A stretch of 64,000 nucleotides of DNA from Candidatus Pampinifervens sinense (lineage in GTDB: Bacteria; Aquificota; Aquificia; Aquificales; Aquificaceae): the NCBI GenBank assembly GCA_037927135.1, contig JAXSPP010000001.1, forward strand, positions 96,001 through 160,000. Direction: 5' to 3'. This document shows, one piece after another, positions 28,667-38,257 of this stretch. The position numbers were made by a program, and so were the translations under genes. The notes below the pieces were generated by a model. That model did not search any database. It was not told the DNA's origin and saw only the letters and a list, made by a program, of their open reading frames with translations. Within the stretch, counting starts at the first letter, position 1. Each line of letters begins with the position of its first letter.

Positions 28667-30106
28667 TTATCTCCTTGCAATTCCTTCAAGTAAAAAGCCT
28701 GTTATCATTCCAGAAGAAAAGGCTAAAAAGCCAAGCAAGAAGGCAGATATCTCCATAAGCTGTGGTATTGGCTTATCGTAAAATTTGGTAGGATGAGAGG
28801 AAAAGCACTCTTTCCAGATGGGATACACGTACAAGCTTGCAAGCAAACTCCCTAAAAGCATTATTCCACCATGAAGGAAAAAGCCAAGCTTGATAGAAAG
28901 CTCCAGAAAGAGAAACTTAGCCACAAAGCCTGCACTTAAAGGAAGGCCTATCAAAGTAGCACCAGAAAAGAAGAGGGCAAAGAAGGTGAATGGGTGGCTA
29001 TGGGCAAAGCCAGGCATGTATGAAAGCTCATCCCTTTTTGCCACGTATATAGCATTCCCAGAAGATAGGAACATGCTTGCCTTTGCAAGAGCGTGGGAAA
29101 AGACTTGAAGGGCAAAGGCTTGAAACACTGCTTCTTTAAGCATCCCACCATGATAATAAATGGGGGCCATAAGGAAAAGATAACCCATCTGGGCAACGGT
29201 AGAATAAGCCAAGAGCCTTTTTATAGTCTTTTGTCTTATAGCATAGTAGGATCCTATAAAGATAGCCAGCGCACCCATTATGCTTAAAACTATACTAAGA
29301 TACTCAAGGCTTTTATCCTTAGGCAACACCTCCATCCAAAGTCTTAGCATAAGGTATGCAGGTGGCTTTATCACTAAGGAAGATAAAAGGGCGCTTGCGG
29401 GTGCCACCGTGCTTGAATGAGCTGGGGGTAGCCAAAAGTGGAAGGGTAAGAGGGCAGATTTTATAGCAAGGGCTATGGTTATGGGAAAAAGGGCATAGAT
29501 AAACTCTTGAGTGTCAGAAAGCTTTTGCGATAGTAAGCTCATACTAAGCACACCATAGTTGGCATAGAGCATGGCAATGCCAAGCAGGTAAAACATAGAG
29601 GCAAGTATGGAAAGGAAAAGGTAGTTTAAAGATGCTTTTATGGCTTTTTTGTATCCCGGAAGGGCGACCAGGATAACAGCGGTAAGAGAAAGCACCTCAA
29701 GGGCAACGTACAGGTTAAAAAGGTCTTCAGAGAGGAAAAAGGCGTTCAAACCAGCCCACAGAAAGAAGAAGAAAAACCAAAAGAACCTACCTTGTCTTTT
29801 ATACTCTACGTTAAAGAAGCTAATAGAGTAGAGGGCTACAAAAAGGCTAACGATTCCAATCATAAGCAGGAAAAAACCGCTAAGGCCATCTAAACGGAGA
29901 CCTATGCCTAAGGGTGGGGTCCATCCACCTATCCATTGATAAAGAGGTGTGTTATCCCTTAAAGTGTAAAGGAAAGAATATACAGACAACAAGAAGGAAA
30001 GGAGGCTGAAGGCTAAGGCTATGTAAACCCTGATAGGGCTTATAAGGGAAAAGATGGATGCCAAAAGGGGAAGGACTATCAAATAGCCCAAATCAAAGGA
30101 GATCAT
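28667..30106 (-). CDS. mrpD: Mrp antiporter subunit D
   Basis: DLFNLYVALE, PFHFWLP.AH, KRLLAYST, HALAK. Confidence 0.85.
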   Translation of the reverse strand: MISFDLGYLIVLPLLASIFSLISPIRVYIALAFSLLSFLLSVYSFLYTLRDNTPLYQWIGGWTPPLGIGLRLDGLSGFFLLMIGIVSLFVALYSISFFNVEYKRQGRFFWFFFFFLWAGLNAFFLSEDLFNLYVALEVLSLTAVILVALPGYKKAIKASLNYLFLSILASMFYLLGIAMLYANYGVLSMSLLSQKLSDTQEFIYALFPITIALAIKSALLPFHFWLPPAHSSTVAPASALLSSLVIKPPAYLMLRLWMEVLPKDKSLEYLSIVLSIMGALAIFIGSYYAIRQKTIKRLLAYSTVAQMGYLFLMAPIYYHGGMLKEAVFQAFALQVFSHALAKASMFLSSGNAIYVAKRDELSYMPGFAHSHPFTFFALFFSGATLIGLPLSAGFVAKFLFLELSIKLGFFLHGGIMLLGSLLASLYVYPIWKECFSSHPTKFYDKPIPQLMEISAFLLGFLAFSSGMITGFLLEGIARR

Positions 30107-30375
30107 TCCTCCTCCTTGTTAAGGTGTAGTATTAGTGAGACGGCTATGGCAGTTGCACTCACGGCTACCACTATACCGGTCAATACAAGGGCATGAGGCA
30201 CAGGGTCTGGGCTTTCTGTATTGGTATTTTTTGCAGTAGTTATAAAGAAAAGGAACACTCCAGAACCAAGTATGTTTAAGGCTATAAGGCGCTTTACATA
30301 ATTCCTTGCCACTATAAAGTGATAGAGGCTTATAATCACAAGAAGAATAGCCAAAATGTAGTAAAACCATATCAT
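30103..30375 (-). CDS. mrpC: Mrp antiporter subunit C
   Basis: DPVPHALVLTGIVV. Confidence 0.9.
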   Translation of the reverse strand: MIWFYYILAILLVIISLYHFIVARNYVKRLIALNILGSGVFLFFITTAKNTNTESPDPVPHALVLTGIVVAVSATAIAVSLILHLNKEEE

Positions 30376-31238
30376 AGCTTACCCCTGTAGGCAGTGTATA
30401 GAAGAAAGGCTGTAGATATCCATATGGAGAGTTCAATAATCATTATAGAAATGGTAGAAAGTTCAAGGGGATAGGTAAGAAAGCCATAGCCCAAAAGGGC
30501 ATACAGTAGTCCAATCAAGGAGAAAACACCCAAGCCAGCCATCATAAAGATGTATATTATTGAAGCTTTTAAAGGTAAGGCTTGGCCAGCCAAGGCAAAA
30601 ATCACAAGACCACCAGCGAGTAAAGCACCACCTTGAAAGGCACCACCTACAGAGAAGGTTCCAAGGTAGGTAATGTATAAGGAGAAGAAAACTATAAAGG
30701 GCAATAAAAGCCTTGAAAAACCTTTCAAAAGTGGATTATCCCAGTAATAAGCCTCCCTTTTTAGACCAAGAGATAAAAGGCCGAATATAGCCAAAGTAAT
30801 AACACCCACTTCAAGCAAGGTATCATAGCCTCTAAAGTTAAGAAGGACGGCATTTACCGCACTATCCACACCACTCTTATGTAGGTTTTCAAAGACAAGA
30901 CTGGCAATCCTATCTTGTCTTTCTATAGTGGTAAGGTGAAAAAGCATAAAGATGAGAATTAAAAAGGAGATAAAGCCAGCCCAAAGTCTGGTAAAGGTAA
31001 AAGCTTTAAGATCTTTTTGCTTTGAACCTTTCACAAGCTTGAAGATTAAAAGGCCCGTTATGGCAGAACCAAGTATGATCTCCACCAAGGCTACATCTGG
31101 AGCCTCAAGGCGCACCCATATTAGACCACTCAAAAAGCCAAAGATTATGAAAAACACCCCACTTTTCATCGTATCTTTGCTGTGTAAAGAGAGAAGAGCT
31201 GAGACAAAAAGCATAAGGCCCAAAGCCAAGTCAAGCAT
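30372..31238 (-). CDS. mrpB: Mrp subunit B fused to DUF4040 (the MrpA C-terminal part)
   Basis: APDVAL.E, VNAVLLNFRGYDTLLE, GGAFQGG; start moved to ATG 31238. Confidence 0.8.
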   Translation of the reverse strand: MLDLALGLMLFVSALLSLHSKDTMKSGVFFIIFGFLSGLIWVRLEAPDVALVEIILGSAITGLLIFKLVKGSKQKDLKAFTFTRLWAGFISFLILIFMLFHLTTIERQDRIASLVFENLHKSGVDSAVNAVLLNFRGYDTLLEVGVITLAIFGLLSLGLKREAYYWDNPLLKGFSRLLLPFIVFFSLYITYLGTFSVGGAFQGGALLAGGLVIFALAGQALPLKASIIYIFMMAGLGVFSLIGLLYALLGYGFLTYPLELSTISIMIIELSIWISTAFLLYTAYRGKL

Positions 31239-31509
31239 ATCTTTTTTTCCTGTTTGCCAAAGCATAACCAACAAGGGCGCTGTAGGAGATGGCTAAAAGC
31301 CAAACAAGGAGTAGCTTTATCCAATGGGATAAAAGGTCTGTGGATAATATACAGGATAGGACGATAAAACCAAAGCCAAGTACATCGGCTTTTGTAAGAG
31401 CATGAAGCCTGCTGTAGGTATCTTTTAACCTTATAAGACCTATACTACCCGCAAGTAAAAAGATAGCACCTATAAACATAAAGGCTATGGAAAGGATTTC
31501 AAATGCCAT
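31231..31509 (-). CDS. mrpG: Mrp antiporter subunit G
   Basis: GSIGLIRL.D.YSRLHA.TKA. Confidence 0.88.
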   Translation of the reverse strand: MAFEILSIAFMFIGAIFLLAGSIGLIRLKDTYSRLHALTKADVLGFGFIVLSCILSTDLLSHWIKLLLVWLLAISYSALVGYALANRKKRYA

Positions 31510-31771
31510 CCTTAGACTTCCCTAAAATTATTATAGCAAAGGCAACGCCAACCACGCCTGCAAGAAGGGCAAAACCAAGGGCTAAATTTATGTAGTAAGC
31601 CTCTTTTGTAATCTTAAAAAAGGCAAGGAGTAAAGCAGTGCCACCCGTACCAAGCAGTAAAGAAGCCATCATACTATCCACCAACTCTGGACCTCTAAAA
31701 ACCCTTACAAGTCCAAGCAGGAGGTTTAACACAAGCAAAAACAATAGAAGACCGTATACCAAATCCATCAT
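31499..31771 (-). CDS. mrpF: Mrp antiporter subunit F
   Basis: Three TM segments, R..RGP...D motif, operon position. Confidence 0.8.
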   Translation of the reverse strand: MMDLVYGLLLFLLVLNLLLGLVRVFRGPELVDSMMASLLLGTGGTALLLAFFKITKEAYYINLALGFALLAGVVGVAFAIIILGKSKDGI

Positions 31772-32214
31772 GTAAATATTTTATCTATAAGGCTTTCCAT
31801 ATACTTGAGCTTTTCCTCATCGTAGCTGTTTTTGTCAAGGGTGTGTATCAAAATAGTATCCTCTCCTATTTCAACAGAAAGAGTGCCGGGTGTTAGGTTT
31901 ATTACCATAGAAAGTAAGAATTTTACTACTTGCTTGTTTGTGTTTAACTTATAAATAACAAAGCCTGGGTCTACCAGAAGCTTGGGGCTTAGCACCCTTC
32001 TTGCCACATCCAAACCGCTGAGGAAAGATTGGCCGAGGAAATAAAATAAGAACCTCGTAAGAGCAAAAAAGTTTATTGGAGGAAGTTTTATATTTAGGAG
32101 TTTATGAGTCAACAGTGCAGAAGATACAGCAATAGCGCCAAAAAATAAGGACTTCCACTCAATGCCCGCAACAAAAATCCACAGCAGGCTGTAGAATGCA
32201 GCAAGTGCAATCAT
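31768..32214 (-). CDS. mrpE: Mrp antiporter subunit E
   Basis: INLTPGTL, IH.LD. Confidence 0.88.
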   Translation of the reverse strand: MIALAAFYSLLWIFVAGIEWKSLFFGAIAVSSALLTHKLLNIKLPPINFFALTRFLFYFLGQSFLSGLDVARRVLSPKLLVDPGFVIYKLNTNKQVVKFLLSMVINLTPGTLSVEIGEDTILIHTLDKNSYDEEKLKYMESLIDKIFT

Positions 32215-32241
32215 GGTTATATTTTATCCTAGGAGGTGGTC

Positions 32242-32490
32242 ATGAAAAAGTTAGTTATTTTTACGGTTTTAATAAACTTATCCTTTGCCAGTGATGGCGA
32301 GATGATATTCAAAAACTCCTGCATGAGATGCCACACGGAAAAAGACAAAAAACCACTTAGCTACCTAAAGGAAAAGTATAAGGGCAGGCCGGAGGCCGTT
32401 ATGGAGCTTGCTAAAAGGTGTCCATGGGGTAGAGGCCTTTCAAACATGGAGATAGAGATCGTAAGCAAGTGGTTGGCAGGTAAGGAATAA
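32242..32490 (+). CDS. Small periplasmic monoheme cytochrome c
   Basis: Signal peptide, CMRCH, C-terminal LS..EI..V..WL; SD GGAGG. Confidence 0.8.
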   Translation: MKKLVIFTVLINLSFASDGEMIFKNSCMRCHTEKDKKPLSYLKEKYKGRPEAVMELAKRCPWGRGLSNMEIEIVSKWLAGKE

Positions 32491-32508
32491 AAAGTTATAA
32501 TTACTCTC

Positions 32509-33714
32509 ATGCTTACACCTTATGAGGAGGCCTTTGAACTACTTATCCAGAGGGTGGAAAGGCTTCCCACAGAAAAGATTCTACTGTGGAATGCCTTGGG
32601 AAGGGTCCTTGCGGAAGATGTATATGCGGACAGGGACAATCCGGCCTTTGACAACTCTGCAATGGACGGCTATGCCATAAGGTCGGAGGACCTAGAAAAC
32701 TTGCCTGCAAGGCTTAAGGTTGTGGGCGAGGTGCCAGCTGGTGGCGAGTGGAAGGGCGTGGTAGAAAGGGGCTGTGCCATAAAGATATTTACCGGCGCAC
32801 CCATACCAAATGGTGCGGATGCGGTGGTGCCAGTGGAGTTTGTAAGGGAGGAAGGGGAGTATATAATCGTTGAAAAGCCCTTTAAAAAGGGTGCCAACGT
32901 AAGATACAAGGGCGAGGAGATAAAGGCTGGAGACATATTACTAAAAGCTGGAACAAGGATAAGGGGGTATGAAATAGGTCTTTTGGCCTTTGCCAACAAG
33001 GTTTTTGTGGAAGTTTATCAGAGGCCAAGGGTGGCCATACTCTCCACGGGAGATGAGATAAAAGAGCCAGGGGAGACGATAGAAAAGCCTTCACAGATAA
33101 GAAGCACAAACAACCACCTTTTGTATGCCAAGGCCTTGGAGCTTGGCTGTGAGGTCCACCAGCTTGGCATTGTTCCAGACAATCCAGAGCTTATAGCCAA
33201 AGCCCTTGAAAGGGTGGAAGATTATCATGTTTTTATAACCACCGGTGGTGTCTCCGCTGGTGATAAGGACTTTGTGCATAAGCTTGTAAAGGAGATGGGC
33301 TTTGAGGTGGTTTTTCATAAGCTAAGGATAAAGCCTGCCAAGCCCGTGCTTTTTGCAAAAAAGGACAAAACCCTCTTTTTTGGACTTCCGGGAAATCCTG
33401 TATCTTGTGCCATGGCCTTTGACCTTCTTGTTAAACCAGCCTTGTTAAAGATGCAAGGTGTGGAAAACTTCAAACCGCAAGCCTATAAGGCAGAGCTTTT
33501 AAGGGACTTCTCACGAAGGGATGCGGAGCGTAGGGAGTTTGTGAGGGCAAGGTTCATACAGAAGGATGGGAAATTATACTGCGATTATTCACCAAAGACC
33601 CAGTCCCATATGCTGACTTCCTATGTGGATGCCAACTGTTATATGGTGGTTTATGAAGGGGTAAAGGAGATAAGGGCTGGGCAGGAGGTGGATATCCTGC
33701 CATTTGATTGGTAA
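32509..33714 (+). CDS. moeA: Molybdopterin molybdotransferase MoeA
   Basis: FDNSAMDGYA, TGAPIP, STGDE, GLPGNPVS. Confidence 0.95.
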   Translation: MLTPYEEAFELLIQRVERLPTEKILLWNALGRVLAEDVYADRDNPAFDNSAMDGYAIRSEDLENLPARLKVVGEVPAGGEWKGVVERGCAIKIFTGAPIPNGADAVVPVEFVREEGEYIIVEKPFKKGANVRYKGEEIKAGDILLKAGTRIRGYEIGLLAFANKVFVEVYQRPRVAILSTGDEIKEPGETIEKPSQIRSTNNHLLYAKALELGCEVHQLGIVPDNPELIAKALERVEDYHVFITTGGVSAGDKDFVHKLVKEMGFEVVFHKLRIKPAKPVLFAKKDKTLFFGLPGNPVSCAMAFDLLVKPALLKMQGVENFKPQAYKAELLRDFSRRDAERREFVRARFIQKDGKLYCDYSPKTQSHMLTSYVDANCYMVVYEGVKEIRAGQEVDILPFDW

Positions 33715-34725
33715 TCAGAACCTTATAACAGTCCTTTTCCTTTCCATATAGCCCTTCCTTAGCTTGTAGCCTTCCTCTGGATATAGGCCATAGAAGAGGT
33801 TTTGCACGTGGTTTCCTTCAACAAAGAAGCACCACCTTTCCAAAAGGCTACCTATTACAAGGCTTGCAAAGGTTATGGTATAAAAGACATAGTTGTGATT
33901 GCCCGTGATCCAAGAGTATAGCACAAGGAATAGGGGGACCACAAAGGTCAAAATATAAGCCACTGGAAGCACAGACCCAAGAATATCCTTACCCTTTTTG
34001 TAATAAAACTCTGTGGTGCAGTAGTTGTTGGTGGTAGTGCCCGTATCCAGAACCCTTATGGGTCTGTTGTGGGGAAGGTTTAGGGCTTCATTTATGGTGG
34101 GCCTTGAAATGATAAACTGTCTTATGTTAAAAGCTATTCTAAAGGCAAGCCCAAGGGAGACAAAGAGGAAGGTAAGGAAAAGATAGTTGGGTATGAACTC
34201 TGGCTTGTAATGGTATGTTAGGGCCAAAAAGGCGGAAGAGCCAAGCATAAGGTACATGTTAAGGTAGTATAGGACGGTGAGGGGTGTGTGCCACTCAAGG
34301 ACGAACCTGTTGCTTGCATATATCATGGCTGTGGAAAAGGCGGAAAGCCAACCAAGTATGTAGGCTATTATTCCAAAGGTGTGTTGCACAAAAGGTGAAG
34401 CGTTCAAGTAGTAGCTTATACCATAAAGGAGGAGCATGAATCCATAGGCACCACTAAAGACGGCCTCACGGGAAAGCCAAGAGGTATGGAAGCGCTTTAT
34501 GGCCTTCCAAGCCCTAAGCTTGTGTCCAAGGTGGAAGCTTGCACCTATGGCACCAAGTCCTATTAGCACCAAAGAAATTATAAGGGCGGTTAGCACAGCC
34601 TCCCTTGGCATGGCCGTGTTTTTACCAAAGAGGGTCAAAAATTCCATAAAGTAAACAAAGTTAAAAAGGCCTATGGATGTGCCAGCCGTTAAAAAGAACC
34701 ATATGAGGGACAGGGGTGGATGCAT
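33715..34725 (-). CDS. DmsC/SoeC-type membrane anchor of a molybdoenzyme
   Basis: MHP..SLI.F, S.FHLG...RAW, SWLSRE, T.MIYAS, ERW.FF.E. Confidence 0.8.
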   Translation of the reverse strand: MHPPLSLIWFFLTAGTSIGLFNFVYFMEFLTLFGKNTAMPREAVLTALIISLVLIGLGAIGASFHLGHKLRAWKAIKRFHTSWLSREAVFSGAYGFMLLLYGISYYLNASPFVQHTFGIIAYILGWLSAFSTAMIYASNRFVLEWHTPLTVLYYLNMYLMLGSSAFLALTYHYKPEFIPNYLFLTFLFVSLGLAFRIAFNIRQFIISRPTINEALNLPHNRPIRVLDTGTTTNNYCTTEFYYKKGKDILGSVLPVAYILTFVVPLFLVLYSWITGNHNYVFYTITFASLVIGSLLERWCFFVEGNHVQNLFYGLYPEEGYKLRKGYMERKRTVIRF

Positions 34726-34746
34726 CCTTCTACCTCCTTTAGAATA

Positions 34747-35715
34747 TTATAGCTTTACATCCTTTATCCAGTCCCAGTTTTCTATGGTCCACTCCACAGT
34801 CCTTTTTATACCTTCCTCAAGGCTCACCCTTGGTTCCCAGCCAAGAAGGCTTTTAGCCTTGCTTATATCAGCCCAAGTGGCCTTCATATCAGCCTTGTGA
34901 AAGTCCCTCATTTCAAGCTTTGCCTTCTTGCCCGTGTATTTTTCTATAAGGCCTATCATCTCTAAGAGGCTGTGAGGCCTGTTGTTGCCAAGGTTTATGA
35001 TCTCATAGCCCAAGGGCCTTGTGGCCAGGATGGTGCCTTCTGCAATATCATCTATGTAGGTAAAGTCCCTGCTCTGAGATCCATCGCCAAAGACTTCTAA
35101 AGGTTTATCTTCCAATATCCACTTTATGAACCTAAAGACGCTCATGTCTGGCCTTCCCGCTGGGCCATAGACGGTAAAATATCGGACTACAGAAACATCA
35201 ATACCATAAAGGTAATGGTAGGTATAGCAAAGCACTTCTGCAGACTTTTTGGAGGCTGCATAGGGTGATATAGGTGTGTTTACAGGTAGGTCTTCACTAA
35301 AAGGCATATTTTGGCCAGCGTAGATGGAGGAGGTGGAGGCAAGTACAAACTTCTTTACCCCAAAATCCTTACACAATTCAAGAAGGTTAAGGGTGCCAAT
35401 AACGTTGGTCGTAAAGTATACATAAGGGTTCTCCATAGAATATCTCACACCCGCCCTTGCAGCCTCGTTTATAACACAGTCAAAGGAGTGCTTTTTAAAG
35501 ATATCCTTTAGCTCCTCTCTACTCTCTATGTCAACCTTATAAAACACAAAGTTGGGATATTCTTTTAGCCTTTCCAGCCTGTAGGCCTTTACTCTAATAT
35601 CGTAGTAATCGTTAAGGTTGTCTACACCTACTACCTTATGACCCCTTTCTAAAAGCTTTTCGGAAACCTTCCAGCCTATAAAGCCAGCACAACCTGTAAC
35701 AAGAAAGGATTGCAT
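34747..35715 (-). CDS. NAD-dependent nucleotide-sugar epimerase (UDP-glucuronate 4-epimerase-like)
   Basis: TGCAGFIG, DNLNDYY, AGVRYS, YAASK, YGPAGRPDM. Confidence 0.88.
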   Translation of the reverse strand: MQSFLVTGCAGFIGWKVSEKLLERGHKVVGVDNLNDYYDIRVKAYRLERLKEYPNFVFYKVDIESREELKDIFKKHSFDCVINEAARAGVRYSMENPYVYFTTNVIGTLNLLELCKDFGVKKFVLASTSSIYAGQNMPFSEDLPVNTPISPYAASKKSAEVLCYTYHYLYGIDVSVVRYFTVYGPAGRPDMSVFRFIKWILEDKPLEVFGDGSQSRDFTYIDDIAEGTILATRPLGYEIINLGNNRPHSLLEMIGLIEKYTGKKAKLEMRDFHKADMKATWADISKAKSLLGWEPRVSLEEGIKRTVEWTIENWDWIKDVKL

Positions 35716-35744
35716 AAATGGAATTTTATCACAGCCTTAGGAGT

Positions 35745-36008
35745 TTAAAAGCCAAAGGTCATTGGAATATCCATATTAACGTCCTTCACTTCCTTTATTT
35801 CAGGAAACTTGCTTTTTAGTGCCCTTTCTATGCCCGCCTTTAGCGTGAGCACAGACATACCACAGCCAGAACAAGCTCCTATCATCCTCACTAGAACGGT
35901 GCCATCCTCCTTTACATCCACAAGCTCTACATCGCCACCGTCAAACCTCAAGGCTGGCCTAATCTCATCAAGCACAGCTTCAATCTCTTCCCTTGTTGGC
36001 ATAGCCAT
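35745..36008 (-). CDS. NifU-C/NfuA-domain Fe-S carrier
   Basis: IRP.L..DGGDVEL, GACSGC. Confidence 0.9.
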   Translation of the reverse strand: MAMPTREEIEAVLDEIRPALRFDGGDVELVDVKEDGTVLVRMIGACSGCGMSVLTLKAGIERALKSKFPEIKEVKDVNMDIPMTFGF

Positions 36009-36051
36009 TTTTGCTCCTCCTTACAAAGTTTTTTAACTAAACTATTAGTAT

Positions 36052-36579
36052 ATGGAGAGAAAGGATGTAAGCAATGAGGAAAATCAGTATGTGGTTATAG
36101 GAAAGGTAGTTGATACTTACGGTCTTAAAGGAGATTTAAAGGTAGAGCCCTACCTTAAGCCAAAGCATTGGCAGAAGATAAAAAGGGTATTTTTAAAACA
36201 CAGGCAAAAAGGTTATATAGCTTTTGACCTTGTTATGGTAAAACCCCATGGAACAAGGTACCTGCTTTTACACTTTGAAGGCTATGATAGCTTGAGTCAA
36301 GTGGAAAGGTTTAAAGGAGCGAAGATCTTCTTACCAAGAGATGAGATACCACCAAGGGAAGAGGATGAGTATTATTACTTTGAGCTTGAAGGTCTTGAGG
36401 TGTTCACCGAAAGTGGGAAGTCTATGGGAAAGATCACAGGCATTTTAGAACAGAGACCTTACGATCTTTTAGAGATAGACAACGGAAGGCTTTACATACC
36501 CTTCGTGAAGGCCTTGGTAAAAGAGGTAAAATTAGAAGAGGGAAAGGTGGTGGTTGATGAGAGCCTTTCAGACCTTTAG
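36052..36579 (+). CDS. rimM: 16S rRNA processing protein RimM
   Basis: IGKVV..YGLKG, EYY..EL.G, IPFV. Confidence 0.9.
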   Translation: MERKDVSNEENQYVVIGKVVDTYGLKGDLKVEPYLKPKHWQKIKRVFLKHRQKGYIAFDLVMVKPHGTRYLLLHFEGYDSLSQVERFKGAKIFLPRDEIPPREEDEYYYFELEGLEVFTESGKSMGKITGILEQRPYDLLEIDNGRLYIPFVKALVKEVKLEEGKVVVDESLSDL

Positions 36580-37967
36580 TGTCTTTTTGCCCATGTTATG
36601 GACCCAAAATGTATCTCCATACTAGCCTGACCTATTGCCTCCGATAAGGAAGGATGGGAATACATGGCCTTGGAAAGAAAATCTACTTTTAGGCCAGCCT
36701 TCATTACGTGTAGAAACTGGTGCAGTAGTTCCCCAGCATGAGGACCGACTATATGACAACCTAAAAGTCTTCCTTCATTGTCGGCCACTATTCTTACAAA
36801 ACCTTCATTTTCTCCATCATCCATAGCCTTTGGATTGGACACAAAAGAGACCACACCAACTTTTACATCGTAGCCTTCTTCCTCAGCTTGGTCTTCCGTA
36901 AGTCCTACACTTGCAACTTCATAAGCAGAGTAGATGATCTTCGGCACTATCCTTTCATCCCTTTTTAGTTCTTCCTCACCAAGCATGTGGCTTATGGCCA
37001 CCTTTGCCTCATACATAGATTTGTGGGCAAGCATCAAGGGAGAGGTTATATCGCCGCAGGCGTAGATGTTTGGAATGCTCGTTTGACAAAATTCGTTTAC
37101 CTTTATAAAGCCTTTAGCATCTCTTTCTACCCCCACCTCCTCAAGGCCTATGCCTTCTGTGTTTGGTTTCCTTCCTACACCAAGAAGGATAATATCAACC
37201 CTTACTTCAGAGCCATCGGAGAGTAAGGCCTCTACACCACCTTCGCAAACTTCCCAGTTTTGCACCGTTGTCTTTAGCCTCACATCTACTCCCAACTTTT
37301 TAAGCTTTCTTGCAAGATATCTAGAGGACTCCTCTGGAATGTCTGCAGAAGGAAGGAGTCTCTCCTTTATCTCTACAAGGATTACCTCAGATCCATACAT
37401 CCTGAATATGTAAGCAAACTCCACACCAACCGCTCCCCCACCCACTATTAGAATCCTTTTAGGAAACCCTTCCAAATTCCATATCTGGTCTGTATCATAA
37501 ACATGTTTACCGTCTGGTATAAGATTTCCTAGGGCTGTAGTAGAAGAGCCAGTGGCCAAAAGTATATACCTACCTTTTAACTCTTCTCCGGAAGGTTCTA
37601 CAACCACCGTGTTTTTATCCTTTAGTACACCTTTGCCGTAAAATATGGGGATCTTCAGGTGTTGAGCAAACTTTTTAAAGTTTTCTCTTATGGTAATAAC
37701 AACCCTATCCCTACCTTCTTTTAGCTTTGACATATCAAGGTCGTAGCCCTTTAGAAATATGCCATATTCCTTTAGCCTTTCAAACTTTTCTAACATATAT
37801 GCTCCATATCTCATATACTTTGACGGTATACATCCTCTATTTAGACAGTTTCCACCCACAGTATCTGGGCTTAGCTCCACAAGGGCTACCTTCATACCCC
37901 TTCTATGGGCATACAATGCTCCTTCGTAGCCCCCACTTCCCGCACCTACTATGATAAGGTCATACAT
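36576..37967 (-). CDS. lpdA: Dihydrolipoamide dehydrogenase
   Basis: GAGSGG, GGNCLNRGCIPSK, GGGAVG.E, LAHK, HPSLSE. Confidence 0.88.
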   Translation of the reverse strand: MYDLIIVGAGSGGYEGALYAHRRGMKVALVELSPDTVGGNCLNRGCIPSKYMRYGAYMLEKFERLKEYGIFLKGYDLDMSKLKEGRDRVVITIRENFKKFAQHLKIPIFYGKGVLKDKNTVVVEPSGEELKGRYILLATGSSTTALGNLIPDGKHVYDTDQIWNLEGFPKRILIVGGGAVGVEFAYIFRMYGSEVILVEIKERLLPSADIPEESSRYLARKLKKLGVDVRLKTTVQNWEVCEGGVEALLSDGSEVRVDIILLGVGRKPNTEGIGLEEVGVERDAKGFIKVNEFCQTSIPNIYACGDITSPLMLAHKSMYEAKVAISHMLGEEELKRDERIVPKIIYSAYEVASVGLTEDQAEEEGYDVKVGVVSFVSNPKAMDDGENEGFVRIVADNEGRLLGCHIVGPHAGELLHQFLHVMKAGLKVDFLSKAMYSHPSLSEAIGQASMEIHFGSITWAKRH

Positions 37968-38160
37968 TCTTCTTCCTCCTTTCCTTATAGACCGATTGCC
38001 TACAGCTTTTGATGATCTTTTTATACTTGTAATAAACCGATGGTATGTTTATAGGAAGTTTATAGTATCTCTCGAGCATGATCATAATCTCCTCAGTGGT
38101 CATGTATTTGTGGTTCCTTATTAAACTTTTTATATACTTTACTATACGCGTCTCACGCAT
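37960..38160 (-). CDS. Small basic hypothetical protein
   Basis: 66-aa ORF overlapping the lpdA start; fills an otherwise empty gap. Confidence 0.6.
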   Translation of the reverse strand: MRETRIVKYIKSLIRNHKYMTTEEIMIMLERYYKLPINIPSVYYKYKKIIKSCRQSVYKERRKKNV

Positions 38161-38257
38161 AACAGGCTTTAACTATTTTACACTAAAACTACAGATTTTC
38201 AAAGATTTCTGATATTTGTCATTGAAGTTGAAAAAAGACAAGTATAAAGTGTGAAAA

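Noticed and set aside
38205-38225. FNR/DNR-like boxes (CTGAT-N4-GTCAT here, similar ones near 15769 and 39487)
   Set aside because: Two or more mismatches from TTGAT-N4-ATCAA in AT-rich gaps; not supportable without a scan
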